A model generated the notes under the pieces. The model had not been told where the DNA came from. It searched no databases and worked only from the letters and a program-made list of their open reading frames with translations. Shown here one piece after another: positions 50,664 to 63,400 of a stretch of DNA of 64,000 nt. Origin of the DNA: Squalus acanthias (taxonomy: Eukaryota); contig CM059431.1 in the NCBI GenBank assembly GCA_030390025.1, forward strand, positions 143,346,001 through 143,410,000, in the 5' to 3' direction. Positions within the stretch are counted from its first letter, which is position 1. Each line of letters starts with the position of its first letter. A program made the translations under genes and the position numbers.

Positions 50664-52427
50664 GGGCTCGATTTTGCCAGGCCCGAGGAGGCGGTTTTCG
50701 AGGTGTGTGAAGTGTTAAAATCGCAAAAATTGGCGGGCGGCTCCGATCCCGCCTCAGCCCGCCTCCGAGCAAATTTCAATCGGGACTTCAGACCCCATTT
50801 CCATCCCGGCTCCAAGAGGCGAGATAGGCCCTTAAGGCCCTTAACAACCAGTTAAGTGCCTCGATAATCCAATTTTGAGAGGCCTTTCTGAATTTAACAC
50901 TTTTCCCCCGTGCTGCGCGCCTCCTCTGGAACACGCCAGTTAATCCTGCTGGCATCGCAAGTGGATTGCTTACTAACAGCTGCAGCTCCACCATTAAAGA
51001 AGAGTTTTCAGCAATCATCATTTGTAGGTGGCTGAACTTTGTTGTCTCAGGTCTGGGGGAAATTTTAGCAGACAAACTCTTTGTTGTGGAAGTTTGGAGC
51101 CTGAGACCCATCTCCAGTGTGACCTCCTGGGAAACCCCTCTCCCCACCTTGACTGAGCGCTTCCTCAACTGGGGTATATACCAGAAGAATGGGAACCATG
51201 TGTTTCCTTTCCTCCTGAACAGTGGGGAGGGGGGCTGTCGCTGGTCCGGTGGGGGAGTAAAGGAAAGAGTTAGACAAGGGACATAAACGTTGCATGCACA
51301 TTGAATTGTGCAGATGATCAATAGTCAATCTGTTAGAGCATCAGAATCAATATCAGTGACTCATGCAATGTCAATGAGAGAGATGAAAAACTATTCTGTC
51401 ACCAGCTTGCTCTGATGTGCCCGTCTGTCCGTCCCCCACTTGCGCATCCTCCTCCACTCCCACAGTCTCCAGGGCCGCCTCCTCTGCAGTGGTGAGCTGG
51501 GCTACTGAGGGTGGCCCTCCTCCTGTCCTCGTCCTCTCCCTCTTATTGTGGGCTCTCTTTTCCTGCAATGAGGGACACAAGTGGAGTTTGAGTGGAAATG
51601 AAGGAGTGAGTGTAGAAAATCCATAGCATAGAAGCTTAGAAGGACACAAAGATGGAGTGAGGTGCCAAGACCAAGGGCCCTCCCTGTGTGTTGTAAGTTG
51701 TTGTCATATCATCACTGTGATAGGGAGTGTGAGGGCTGCATAGTCGAATAGTTAAGTTAATGTGAACATACAGAGAGAGTGAATGGGTAAGGTTGTAGGG
51801 ATGTAAGGGTGAAGTGGGATATGTAGGAGGAGGTTGACAAAGCAGAGTGCTGGTGTTGAGAGGCGATGGGGATAAAATGGAGGGTCATGGGAATGGAATA
51901 CTCACTTTTACTGTGTGGAGAATGTCATGAAACCTCTTTTGGCACTGCAGCCAGGTTCTGCTGCACATTGAAATCGCATTCACCTTCTGTGCCACTTGCA
52001 GCCACACAGCTTTGGTCTGTTGTGGAGGCTTTTTTCCTCCCTGAGGAAGGAAAGAGCACTGCCTTGTTTGCTCTTTCTCCCTCCACCAGAGCTTGGAGGG
52101 AGGCCTCATCGAATCTGGGTGCACACTTTTGTCTGGTGCTGGATATAGTAGCAGTAGGAATCCCTCAGAAGTATGTTGACAAAGTTATAAGGTTGAAAAA
52201 GAACCAAGGCTGCTTGCAGGCCTTAAATCCAGTTGCATAGATGACGTCATCGGAGGCGATTTTCAGTATCAAAAGACTCATTAGGCCAGGGGTCCCCACA
52301 CGCTGGAAATCAAGTGCCCAATTGGGGCAAAATCGCACTTTTGTCCCGCCTCACATCGGAGGCGGGGTCCTGACACGCAGACCACCTGACACGCCCCCAG
52401 CCCGCCCCCAATGACAAAATCCAGCCC
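50664..52427 (-). mobile_element. PIF/Harbinger-type DNA transposon carrying a degraded Myb/SANT-like gene, no transposase seen
   Basis: TIR GGGCTCGATTTTG / CAAAATCCAGCCC; 3-bp TSD CGC; peptides PRFDEASLQALVEG...KAVWLQVAQKVNA...RTWLQCQKRFHDI and KRAHNKRERTRTGGGP; empty site near 43812. Confidence 0.85.
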
Positions 52428-52772
52428 CGCCTGTCTCCAGATCATTAGTCCAGGCCTCTGGATTACTAGGACAGTAACATAACCATTGTGCTACCGGACA
52501 CCTAATCATAGAGTCTTAGGGGGAATTTTTTGGGATGGGCACGTTTGGTGACGGGTCGGGTGGGATTTTCTTTTGTCAACCCGCCGCCACGCGACTTTCC
52601 CTGAAGTCGGATTTGTCACCTCTGAACGGAGCGGAGGAGGAGGCAATTTAAGTAATTATGACATTGTTAAGAGCGACTTATAAAGAATTTTGACCTCACC
52701 TTCAGAGTTTAACAGGTCGCCCACGGTGTCTACGCTGCTCGGATGACGTCAAATAAGAAGGTCGGGAGTTGT

Positions 52773-54311
52773 ATTATTTAAAAAGGGTAGTAGGCAGAAG
52801 GCTGGAAATTATAGACCAGTTAGCTTAACATCTGTGGTGGGTAAAATTTTGGAAACTATTATTAAGGAGACACTAACGGAACATTTAGATAAACATAATT
52901 TAATAGGACAAAGTCAGCATGGCTTTATGAAGGGGAAGTCATGTCTGACAAATTTGCTTGAGTTCTTTGAGGACATAACGTACAGGGTGGATAAAGGGGA
53001 ACCAGTGGACGTAGTGTATTTAGACTTCCAGAAGGCATTTGACAAGGTGCCACATGAAAGATTATTGCTCAAGATAAAAAAATCACTGGATTGGGGTAAT
53101 ATTCTGGCATGGGTGGAGGATTGGTTATCTAACAGGAAGCAGAGAGTTGGGATAAATGGTTCATTCTTGGACTGGCAACTAGTAGCCAGTGGTGTTCCGC
53201 AGGGGTCGGTGCTGGGTCCCCAACTCTTTACAATCTATACTAACGATTTGGAGGAGGGGACCGAGTGTAACATATCAAAGTTTGCAGATGATACAAAGAT
53301 GGGAGGGAAAGTAGAAAGTGAGGAGGACATAAAAAACCTACAAGGGGATATAGACAGGCTGGGTGAGTGGGCGGAGATTTGGCAGATGCAATACAATATT
53401 GGAAAATGTGAGGTTATGCACTTTGGCAGGAAAAATCAGAGAGCAAGTTATCTTAATGACGAGAAACTGGAAAGTACTGCAGTACAAAGGGATCTGGGGG
53501 TCCTAGTGCAAGAAAATCAAAAAGTTAGTATGCAGGTGCAGCAGGTGATCAAGAAGGCCAACGGAATGTTGGCTTTTATTGCTAGGGGGATAGATTATAA
53601 AAACAGGGAGGTATTGCTGCATTTATATAAGGTATTGGTGAGACCGCACCTAGAATACTGCGTACAGTTTTGGTGTCCATACTTAAGAAAAGACATACTT
53701 GCTCTCGAGGCAGTACAAAGAAGGTTCACTCGGTTAATCCTGGGGATGAGGGGGTGAACATATGAGGAGAGGTTGAGTAGATTGGGACTCTACTCATTGG
53801 AGTTCAGAAGAATGAGAGGCGATCTTATTGAAACATATAAGATTGTGAAGGGGCTTGATCGGGTGGATGCGGTAAGGATGTTCCCAAGGATGGGTGAAAC
53901 TAGAACTAGGGGGCATAATCTTAGAATAAGGGGCTGCTCTTTCAAAACTGAGATGAGGAGAAACTTCTTCACTCAGAGGGCAGTAGGTCTGTGGAATTTG
54001 CTGCCCCAGGAAGCTGTGGAAGCTGCATCATTGAATAAATGTAAAACAGAAATAGATAGTTTGCTAGAGGTAAAGGGAATTAGGGGTTATGGTGAGCGGG
54101 CAGGAAATTGGACATGAGGCTGAGTTCGGATCGGTCAGGGCCCTGTGGGTGGCAGAGCGGGCCCAGGGGCTGATTGGCCGGGTCCTGCTCCTACTTCTTG
54201 TGTTCTTTAGATTTGAGGTTAGGATCAGATCAGCCATGATCTTATTGAATGGCGGAGCAGGCTCGAGGGGCCGATTGGCCTACTCCTGCTCCTATTTCTT
54301 ATGTTCTTATG
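52773..54311 (+). mobile_element. CR1 LINE 3' part, relatively young RT
   Basis: 307-aa ORF with [30 protein letters not shown]; doubled 3' tail. Confidence 0.95.
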
Positions 54312-54482
54312 ACATACACTGTACACAGGGACACTTGTTACAGAGTCTGACTCCTCACTGGGAGACACACACTGTACACAGGGACACTTGTTACAGAGTC
54401 GGACTTCTCACTGGGAGACACACACACTGTACACAGGGACACTGGTTACAGAATCTGACTCCTCACTGGGAGAGACACACCT
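54312..54482. repeat. 55-bp minisatellite (same unit as 5878-6355), about 3 copies
   Basis: cacactgtacacagggacacttgttacagagtctgactcctcactgggag. Confidence 0.9.
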
Positions 54483-56043
54483 TTTTTATTCGTTTTTTTA
54501 TGGGATGTTGGCGTCGCTGTCAAGGCCAGCATTTATTGCCCAACCCTATTTGCCCTCGAGAAGGTGGTGGTGAGCCGCCTTTCTGAACCGCTGCAGTCTG
54601 TGTGGTGAAGGTACACTCACAGTGCTGTTCGGGATGGAGTTCCAGCATTTTGACCTAGCGACGATGAAGGATCAGCGATATACTTCGAAGGCAGGATGTT
54701 GTGTGACTTGGAGGGGAACTTGGAGGTGGTGGTGCACCCATGCACCTGCTGCCCTTGTCCTTCTAGGTGGAAGAGGACACGGTTTTGGCCGAAGAAACCT
54801 TGGCGAGTTGTTGCAGTGCATCTTGCAGATGGTACACACTGCTGCCACGGTATGAATGGAGGGAATTAATGCTTAAGGTGGTGGATGGGGTGCCAAACAA
54901 GCGGCCTGCTTTGTCCTGGATGGTGTCAAGCTTCTTGAGTGTTGTTGGAGCTGCACTAATCCAGGCCAGTGGAGAGTATTACATCACACTTCTGACTTGC
55001 GCCTTGTAGATGGTGGAAAGTTTTTATTGAGTCAGGAGGTGAGACACTCACCACAGAATATCTAGCCTCTGACCTGCTCTTGTTGCCACAGTATTTATGT
55101 GGCTAATCCAGTTAAGTTTCTGGTCAATGGTGACCCCCAGGATGTTGATAGCGGGGGATTCGGCAATGAAAATGCCGTTGAATGTCAAGGGGAGATGGTT
55201 CGACTCACTTGTTGGGTGTTAGTCATTGTCTGGCACTTCTGAGGCGTGAATGTTACCTGCCACTTATCAGCCCAAGCCTGAACGTCGTCCAGGTCTTGTT
55301 GCATGCGGGCATGAACTGCTTCATTAACTGAGGAGTTGTGAATGGCGCTGCGAACATCCCCATTTTTGACCTTATGAAGGGAAGGTCATTGATGAAGCAG
55401 CTGAAGATGGTTGGGCCTAGGACACTGCCCTGAGGAACTCCTGCAGCGATGGCCTGGGGCTGTGATGATTGACCACCAACCACTACAACCATCTTCCTTT
55501 GTGCTAGGTATGACTCCAGCCAGTGTAGAGTTTTCCCCCTGATTCCCATTGACTTCAGTTTTACTAGGGCTCCTTAATGCCACACTCGGTCAAATGCTGC
55601 CTTGATATCAAGGGCAGTCACTCTAACATCACCGCTGGAATTCAGCTCATTTATCCATATTTGAACCAAGGCTGTAATGAGGTCGGGACCAGAGTGATCT
55701 TGGCGGAACCCAAACTGGCCTCAGTGAGCAGGCTATTGGTGAGTAAGTGCCACTTGATAGCACTGCCGCTGACACCTTCCATCACTTTGCTGATGATTGA
55801 GAGTAGGATGATGGGACGGTAATTGACCGAAATGCATTAGTCCTGTTTTTTGTGGACAAGACAGACCTGGGCAGTTTTCCACATTGTCGGATGGATGCCA
55901 GTCTTGTAGCTGTACTGGAACAGCTTGGCTCGAGGCGTGGCTAGTTCTGGAGCACAAGTCTTCAGCATGATAGCCGGGATGTTGTCGAGGTCCATAACCT
56001 TTGCTGTATCCAGTGCGCTCACCATTTCTTGATATCACGTGGA
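54483..56043 (-). mobile_element. CR1/L2-group LINE 3' part
   Basis: MGIRGKTLHWLESYLAQRK...[37 protein letters not shown]. Confidence 0.85.
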
Positions 56044-56044
56044 G

Positions 56045-56287
56045 GGACTGGAGTCCTATTCAGGCCAGAGCAGGTAGGAACAGCAGCTTTCCTTCCCAAA
56101 ACACATTAGTGAACTGCGTTTTAAATGAAACTCAGGGAAATTAATTGATACTGATAATTTTTTTAAATTCCAATTTCTTTTAAACTGCATTTAAATTCTG
56201 AAACTGCCATCTGAACTCATGTTGTCTGGGTTATCAGCACAGCCTCTGGGTTACTAGTGCAGCAACATAACCATTACACTACCCTAT
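56045..56287 (-). mobile_element. Degraded tRNA-type SINE
   Basis: Reverse-complement head ggtagtgtaatggttatgttgctgcactagtaacccagagg; related heads at about 43820-43880, 52435-52498 and 21381. Confidence 0.55.
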
Positions 56288-57357
56288 CCTGATAGTTGTA
56301 ATCTACTCCTTTTAATGGACATTTATATTTGTCTCATTGCAATGTGTGGGCTATGAGCGCTAATTTGTTGCTGGATTTACCTACATTACAAAAGTGACAA
56401 TACCCCAAAAGTACGTGAATTGTGTTGTAAGATGCAATTTCTTTTCTCCTCCGATTACCTGTTCCTCCCACTATATATGTATTATTTCCTAATTACTGTA
56501 TGGTAATTAATTTGACATTTCTAACTTGTGATATTTACATTAAACCATACAGTCTCAGCCCTCGGCCCCTCGATCGGTCAGTCTGTGCTCCAGGTAATAT
56601 CTAACACCGGGTCATTATTGTGTGTGTGCTTGTTGTTCTAGTCAGGTCATTGCCGATTACAATGGATTATTGGTTCCCATCACTTGATCTTTGACCTTTG
56701 ATGACTACAGTGAAACTTCGCCATTTATTATACCTGAGTGAGGAGAGAACGAAACAGCACCTGTTGGGGAATGTCAAATAAAAGAGAAAAATATAACATA
56801 CAGCAGGTCCATCAGTATCTAGAAAATAGTTTTAATACAAGTGTTACATCACAAATAACATGACCCAGAACATCAACTTATTTTCTCTCCATTCAAATTC
56901 TGATTATCTTGCTCTGTATTTAGACCACTGTCTGTTTTTAGTTCGAGTGGTTCAGATGTTACCCCTCAACCCAGAAACAGAGTGCGATTGTCAGTGTCCC
57001 ACTGCAGCCCAGACTGAGGCTCTACCCTGGGTCCTTCCTGTCTGTGCATTTCCCCAGTGCCCCATTGGGGGACATTCAGCCCCGGATATCCTGCAGAAGC
57101 AGCGCTGTGGGGCCGGGCGGCTGAGTCACGTGACCCTGTGTCTGGGCCTCTGACCTCACAATGGGAGATGACGCTCGCTCAGCTCGAGCTGGAAACCCTT
57201 AAAGGGGCCGATAGTATTTAAACCCGGAGCGCGGCAACTTAAAGGGGAGGTGCAGAAAAATCAGACAAAAATGGTCAAATAATGAGAGCAGTGATGGTCA
57301 TCAATTGAAATGTTCACAAAGCCACAATCAGTCTGGGTCTTGTTCCCTGCAGCGACC

Positions 57358-57400
57358 TCAGGAGTTCTCTCCGGTTGAACTGAACTGATTCCCCCGCAGC
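57358..57400 (-). CDS. NLR paralog 2 terminal exon, truncated by a 1-nt deletion ([13 protein letters not shown])
   Basis: 87 nt to the homologous stop (57314-57316) versus 88 nt in paralog 1; in-frame TGA at 57358-57360. Confidence 0.75.
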
Positions 57401-60400
57401 CTGAAACAGATTAAAGATTAAACAGGAATTAAGCAGATTGAACAACAGTGTAAATAACAGGAAGACCTGGTTAATATTTCAATAATAATTACAGACAAAT
57501 ATTACCCATAAAAGTGACTTATATTTTACTTATTACATTAAACATTAACACAAACACTCACCAGATCTGCTCCAGACTCCTGCAGGTCAGTATGAGGCGG
57601 CAGAGAGCGGGGACAGATCGGTCTGTGAAGGAGTTTGATCCCAGGGTCAGAACCGTCAGTGAGCGGTTTGTACTGAGAGCGGAGGCGAGATCCTCGGCAC
57701 CAGAATCTGTGAGACCGACACGATCCAGCCTGGGGATCAGAGAGAGAGAAATAACAGGAATCAGGGTAAATCCCGTGTTTATTAATAACAGTATTACTGA
57801 TAGTAATAATAATTTAGTGTCAGACATCCAGTTTTTATAAACACAATCTCACATACTCTGGTACTTACCCCAGTTTCTGTATTTTACAGTCCAGGTTCCT
57901 CAGAGCCGTAGACAGTAGTTTTACTCCTGAATCTCCCAGTTTATTATAACTCAGATTCAGACCCATCACTGACCGGTTTGTACTGAGAGCGGAGGCGAGA
58001 TCCTCGGCACAAGAATCTGCGAGACCGACATCATCCAGACTGGGGATCAGAAAGAGAGAAATAACAGGAATCAGTAAATCCTCAGTGTTTATTAATAACA
58101 CTATTACTGATACTAATAATAATGTTCAGTGTCAAACATCCAGTTATTATAAACACAATCTCACAGAGTCTGGTACTTACCCCAGTTCCTGTATTTTACA
58201 GTCCGGGTCCCTCAGAGCCGCAGACAATAGTTTCACTCCTGAATCTCCCAGTTTATTATTACCCAGGTTCAGATCCGTCAGTGACCGGTTTGTACTGAGA
58301 GCAGAGGAGAGATCCCCGGCACAAAAATCTGTGAGACCGACATCCCGTAGACTGGGGATCAAAGAGAGAAATAACAGGAATCGGAGGAAATCCCGAGAGT
58401 TTCTTATAAACACTATTACTGATAGTAATAATGTTCAGTGTGAGACATCCAGTTATTATAAACACAATCTCACACAGTCTGGTACATAAGACATAGGAGC
58501 AGGAGTAGGTCATTTGGTCCTTCGAGCCTGCTCCGCCATTCAATAAGATCATGGCTGATCTGATCTTGGCCTCAACTCCACTTCCCTGCCCGCTCCCCAT
58601 AACCCTTGACTCCCTTACCTTTCAAAAATCTGTCTAACTCCACCTTAAATATATTCAATGACCCAGCCTCCACAGCGCTCTGGGGAAGAGAATTCCAAAG
58701 ATTCACAACCCTCAGAAGAAATTCCTTCTCATTTCTGATTTAAAAGGGTGCCCCCTTATTCTGAAATTATGCCCCTCACCTCTCATTCTTCTAAACTGCA
58801 GTGAGTATAGGCCCAACCTGCTCAACCTTTCTTCATAAGACAACCCCTTCATCTCCGGAATCAACCTCGTGAACCTTCTCCGAACTGCCTCCAATGCACG
58901 TATATCCTTCCTTAAATAAAGAGACCAAAACTGTACGCAGTACTCCAGGTGTGGTTTCACCAACGCCCTGTACAGTTGTAACAGGACTTCCCTACTTTTA
59001 TACTCCATTCCCTTTGCAATAAAGGCCAACACTCCATTTGCCTTCCTAATTACTTGCTGTACCTGCATACTAACTTTTTGTGATTCATGTACAAGGAGCC
59101 CCAGATCCCTCTGTACCTCAGCATTTTGTAATCTCTCCCCATTTAAATAATAATTTGCTTTGTTATTTTTCCTACCTTGCATTTTCCCACATTAAACTCC
59201 ATCTGCCAGATTTTTGCCCACTCACTTAGCCTATCTGTATCCCTTTGGAGATTCTTTGCATCCTCCACACAATTTGCTTTCCACTTACTTACCACAGTGT
59301 CTGTATTTTACAGTCCGGGTTCCTCAGAGCCACAGACAGTAGTTTCACTCCTGGATCTCCCAAGTTATTGCCCCTCAGTCTAAACACAAACAAACAGAGA
59401 GAGAGAGAAACAAACTGAATCTAGTCCCGGATCTGATATATTTTTCTCTCTCCGGTATTACAGCAATCATTGAAAGTACTTCAGGAAATGAATAACCCGG
59501 TTTCCCCCCACGATTTCCCTACCTGGGCGGGTCAGGTGCGGCCGGGGTCGGTGGCGGGTCGTGGCCCTGCTTTGTAGAAGGACTTTCCCCTGACTGGCTC
59601 GTTAAGCCCCGCCCAGCGCATTTCCCGGCCAATTAGAGGAAGCGGGGTCTGGTGACGTCACTTTGTGACGCGTCAGCAGCCAGTTTCCTTAAAGGGGCCA
59701 AGCGCAAATTTAGTTTGACAATTGTGCTGTCAGTGTTTTACAGCACTGAGGTGCTGCAAACACTGACAACCTCTGCACAGAGGAGCACGGCTGCACCCAG
59801 GCTCTCCCATGACTCCCTGCATATGCTTATGGAGGGAGCCACAGCACGCGGGGAGGTTCTCTTCACTTCCAATGGGGGGGAAGAGACCTCCCCAGGAGGC
59901 CAACACAGCCTGGTTGCACATTGCATAGGAAGGCACAAGCAGGGATGTCGTCAGGAGGACCAGGCTGCAGTGGTCTCAGTAAATCATGAAACGTTACTGC
60001 AAAGCCACACTCAACCTCATCCTGCTGTGCCACTCATCACATCCCCAACACTCTGCCTTCCCGACCCTACTCCTGCACATTCTTACTCACACCAACTTAC
60101 CTTGCACCTCCACCCATCCCTCTATCTATATTATCACATCCCCATCTCACTAGCCACCCTCATTATTAGTGCAATCATACCAACTAACAACACAAGGGTA
60201 AGCACTTGGGTTTTTTAGCCAATGTTGATGTGAAGTTTCGGGTAATGTGCTGTCAAACATTGAAACTTTATTTTCAACACTTTCCGTTCTTGGACAGATT
60301 TGTGTGCACCTTTGGAAGTGGCTTAGTGAGTTGCAGTGAATGGTGAGATATAACGGTACCCCCCGCAATGGTGATGAGTGTGTAAGGAATGGCGTGGGCA

Positions 60401-63400
60401 TTGTAGGGATGCTTTATGGTGTTGGTGTGGGGTGGTGCCAACCTGGTGCATCGTGTGGCATCCAGGGTGTGCAGCATCAAGTGAAGTAAATCTGGCCATG
60501 GTGAGGCCATCCCAGGTGTCCCGTGCAGCAATGTGGTCGGGTGCTGATGCCCTCTGTCCTGTGCAGCATCAGGTGATTGCGGAGAAGTTTGGTGTGGTTG
60601 TTGGTGCTGCTGGTGTACCTGGTGCTGGGGCTGATCGTGGTCAGATTCTGAGGACTAAGGTTGAGATGACAGAAGCGATGTCAATGGTGAGCGAGGTTGT
60701 TCCAATGAGGTGACACTGGATAGAGTTTGCTCCAAACACTTGCAACCAGCATAAAGCTCAATCTGTCTTCAAAATGCAGTAAGCAACAGCTTCTGAGCTT
60801 GGAAAGTGAACAGCTGTGAGATGGGAGCTTTTATAGCACATTTCCAGCTGTCAAGTAATGAGATGATTCCTTGGCCACTCAACTCCCGCCCTGCTTACCT
60901 CACGTGATCCCCGAGCAGTGTGGACCCCATGAGTGACCTGGTAAATTCTGAAGGTGAGCTAAAATAGTTTTTAATCCATTGTTAGCAAGGTCATAATGAC
61001 CTGAATTGCCTCCCCCGCCGCTGCGTGTCGGGTCTGCTCAGCGCTGACAGACCCGACATTTGGGAAAGGCGTGTGGCAGCGGGTTGACAGTGGTGTCCTG
61101 ACCCGCTGGGGAAAATGTCCATTTTCCCACCCGACCCGCCACCATTGCGCCCGCTAACTCTCCTGCAAAATTCCCCCTTCCTGTCACTGGGAATGAATCT
61201 CATTCTCACCAACTCCCCATATATTCAGGGGCTGTCAGTAAATGTATTTATTAAATAAAGTGCTGTTTGTGTGAAGCCTTTAAATATCCCTCAGTCCGGT
61301 CTCATTCCCTGATGATCAGAATTACCCTCCTGGAGCTCAGTCATGTTTGGAGAAACTTGTCTCATTTTCTTCTGCTCCTTAAATCCTGGATTTTATGGGA
61401 ATGGGGCGATTTCCCAGAATTAAATGATAAAGCGGCGATTCCCTGTACATTATACTCTGTGCATTATATTAATCTGTATAATATCTCGGGGTGAGTTATA
61501 TTGTGAAACGCTAACTGCTGCTGTAAAATCCGTCCCCCAGGATTTTATGTAACAAGGAGAGTTTATTCTGTCCCGTTACAAGTTTTAAATGTCCCTGTGC
61601 TCCTAGTTTATAGGGGAGGCGAGTCTCTCACTTTATTCCCCATTAAACTGGCTCTACATTTATTTCAGGTGTAACTGGCCCGACAGTTTTTGGGGAATTT
61701 TCTGAAGTTCCCTCCCCGAGCGGGGCCTCACACACAGCGGGCGGATTATGGGGAATTACCGGGTTCACAGCCCCCAGTTTACCCAGGAGCCGCCGGCTGT
61801 GTGCGAGGCCCCACCGCTGTCCGGTGTGTGCCTGTACTCCAGGGCTCATACACCATAACAGGGTAGATTGGAACCTTTTTACCGGCAGATTTAAGATCCT
61901 GAATATCAATCTTTACTCAATGTTCAGGACTGTGTATAATTGTAAACATTTACAGCTGAAAGAATTCCCAATTCCCCAATATTCCCAATCCAGGACACTT
62001 CCCCGTCAACAAGACACACCCTGCACGGTGTTGGAGTAAATATAGAACTGTTAGTGATTTAAACTCGGGTTTCTCTCCTGGTTCCAGTTGAAATGGTGGA
62101 TGTGGAATATAATTAATTAATTTTATCTTTACTGCTGGATTATGTTATGTTTACATTCTGTTGACCAGTCTTATTAAATATGAATTATTTTAATCAAATC
62201 ATACTCTGTGACCTGTATTTGCTGATCCAATAAAGACTGTAAAATCCCTACTTGTTCACAAGAATCCGTTCTAGATTCCTTAGGGAATTACTGACCGATC
62301 CTATTATTATTGGTCATATTTGTGTTTAATCTGCTTCTCCCTGGTTTAACTGAACTGTTTGTTTCCCTTCATTACGGAGCAACAACACAATCCGTGACTG
62401 TTCTATAATTCACCCAACAGTTAGAGACAAATAAACAGTTACCTCAACACTCGGCATTTGTGCAGTACGGGTCCCAGCCGCTGGAGTCCTTCACACTGGA
62501 TGGAGCAGTTCTGTAGGTCGAGTTGTTTTATTGTATCACAGAGTCCAATGATGTGAGAGAGGACCGCACAGTCAATCGGGGTCAATGTCAATTCACTAAA
62601 TGTAAGTGTTTCCACAGACCCCACTGTTTTCCGAGCCAGTGCTTTATTCTGAGACTCAAACAGGTAGTGGAATGTGTTCAGGAGGGTCCTTTTACTAGTT
62701 TCACTCCACATGTTCTCAATCTGTCCTTCAACCTTCTCCTTCACCCAGTCAATCACGCGGCAGGTGGTTTGATGAAGAAATGGACTCAGAAACTCCTCCA
62801 GGGGCCGAGCTGCCTGTGGGGAGGAGAGACCAGCAACAAAACGGAGAAATATCTCAAATCGCCCATCTTTCTTGCTGTGGGCTTCTCTGAGGAGTTTCAG
62901 GATGTCCCCAGGATCTGGAGTCAGGAATTGTGCGAGTGCAGCTACAAACTCTTGGATGGTGAGGTGCGGGAATGTGTACACCACGCTCTGGGCAGAATCA
63001 TCTCTCTCCAAAAGTTCCATCATGAACCCAGACAGGAACTGGGAAGGTTGCAGATTATACTTGATCAAATCTCCATTTCTAAACACAATCTTCTTCTCGG
63101 AGACTCCTGTGAAGGCCATCTCACCAAGCTTCAGTAACACATCACGGGGGCTTTCAATCTCTCGGCCATGGTTTTTCAGAATGTTGTAAATATAGTAGGA
63201 ATATAGTTGGGTGATGGTCTTGGGAACTCGCTGCTGATTCCTGTATCTTTGTGTAAAGAAGGGACCCAGTGAGAGGCCGAGGATCCAGCAGTAGGAAGGG
63301 TTGTAGCTCATGGTGTACAGGATCTCGTTCTCCTCCACGTGTTTGAAAACAGCTGCTGCCACCGTCTGATCTTCAAAAAACTTGTTGAAATATTCCTTCC

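Larger units (their letters stand above)
47013..52770. repeat. Local segmental duplication of about 41405-45085, each copy with different insertions
   Basis: Colinear unique sequence (ttattggcggaa...; tttacaaacaagaattaattc...; caagaa.cctcggccga) in both copies. Confidence 0.88.

Noticed and set aside
52834..53757. 307-aa RT ORF as a host gene or active LINE
   Set aside because: 5'-truncated CR1 with no endonuclease and a stop at 53755-53757 before the normal C-terminus.
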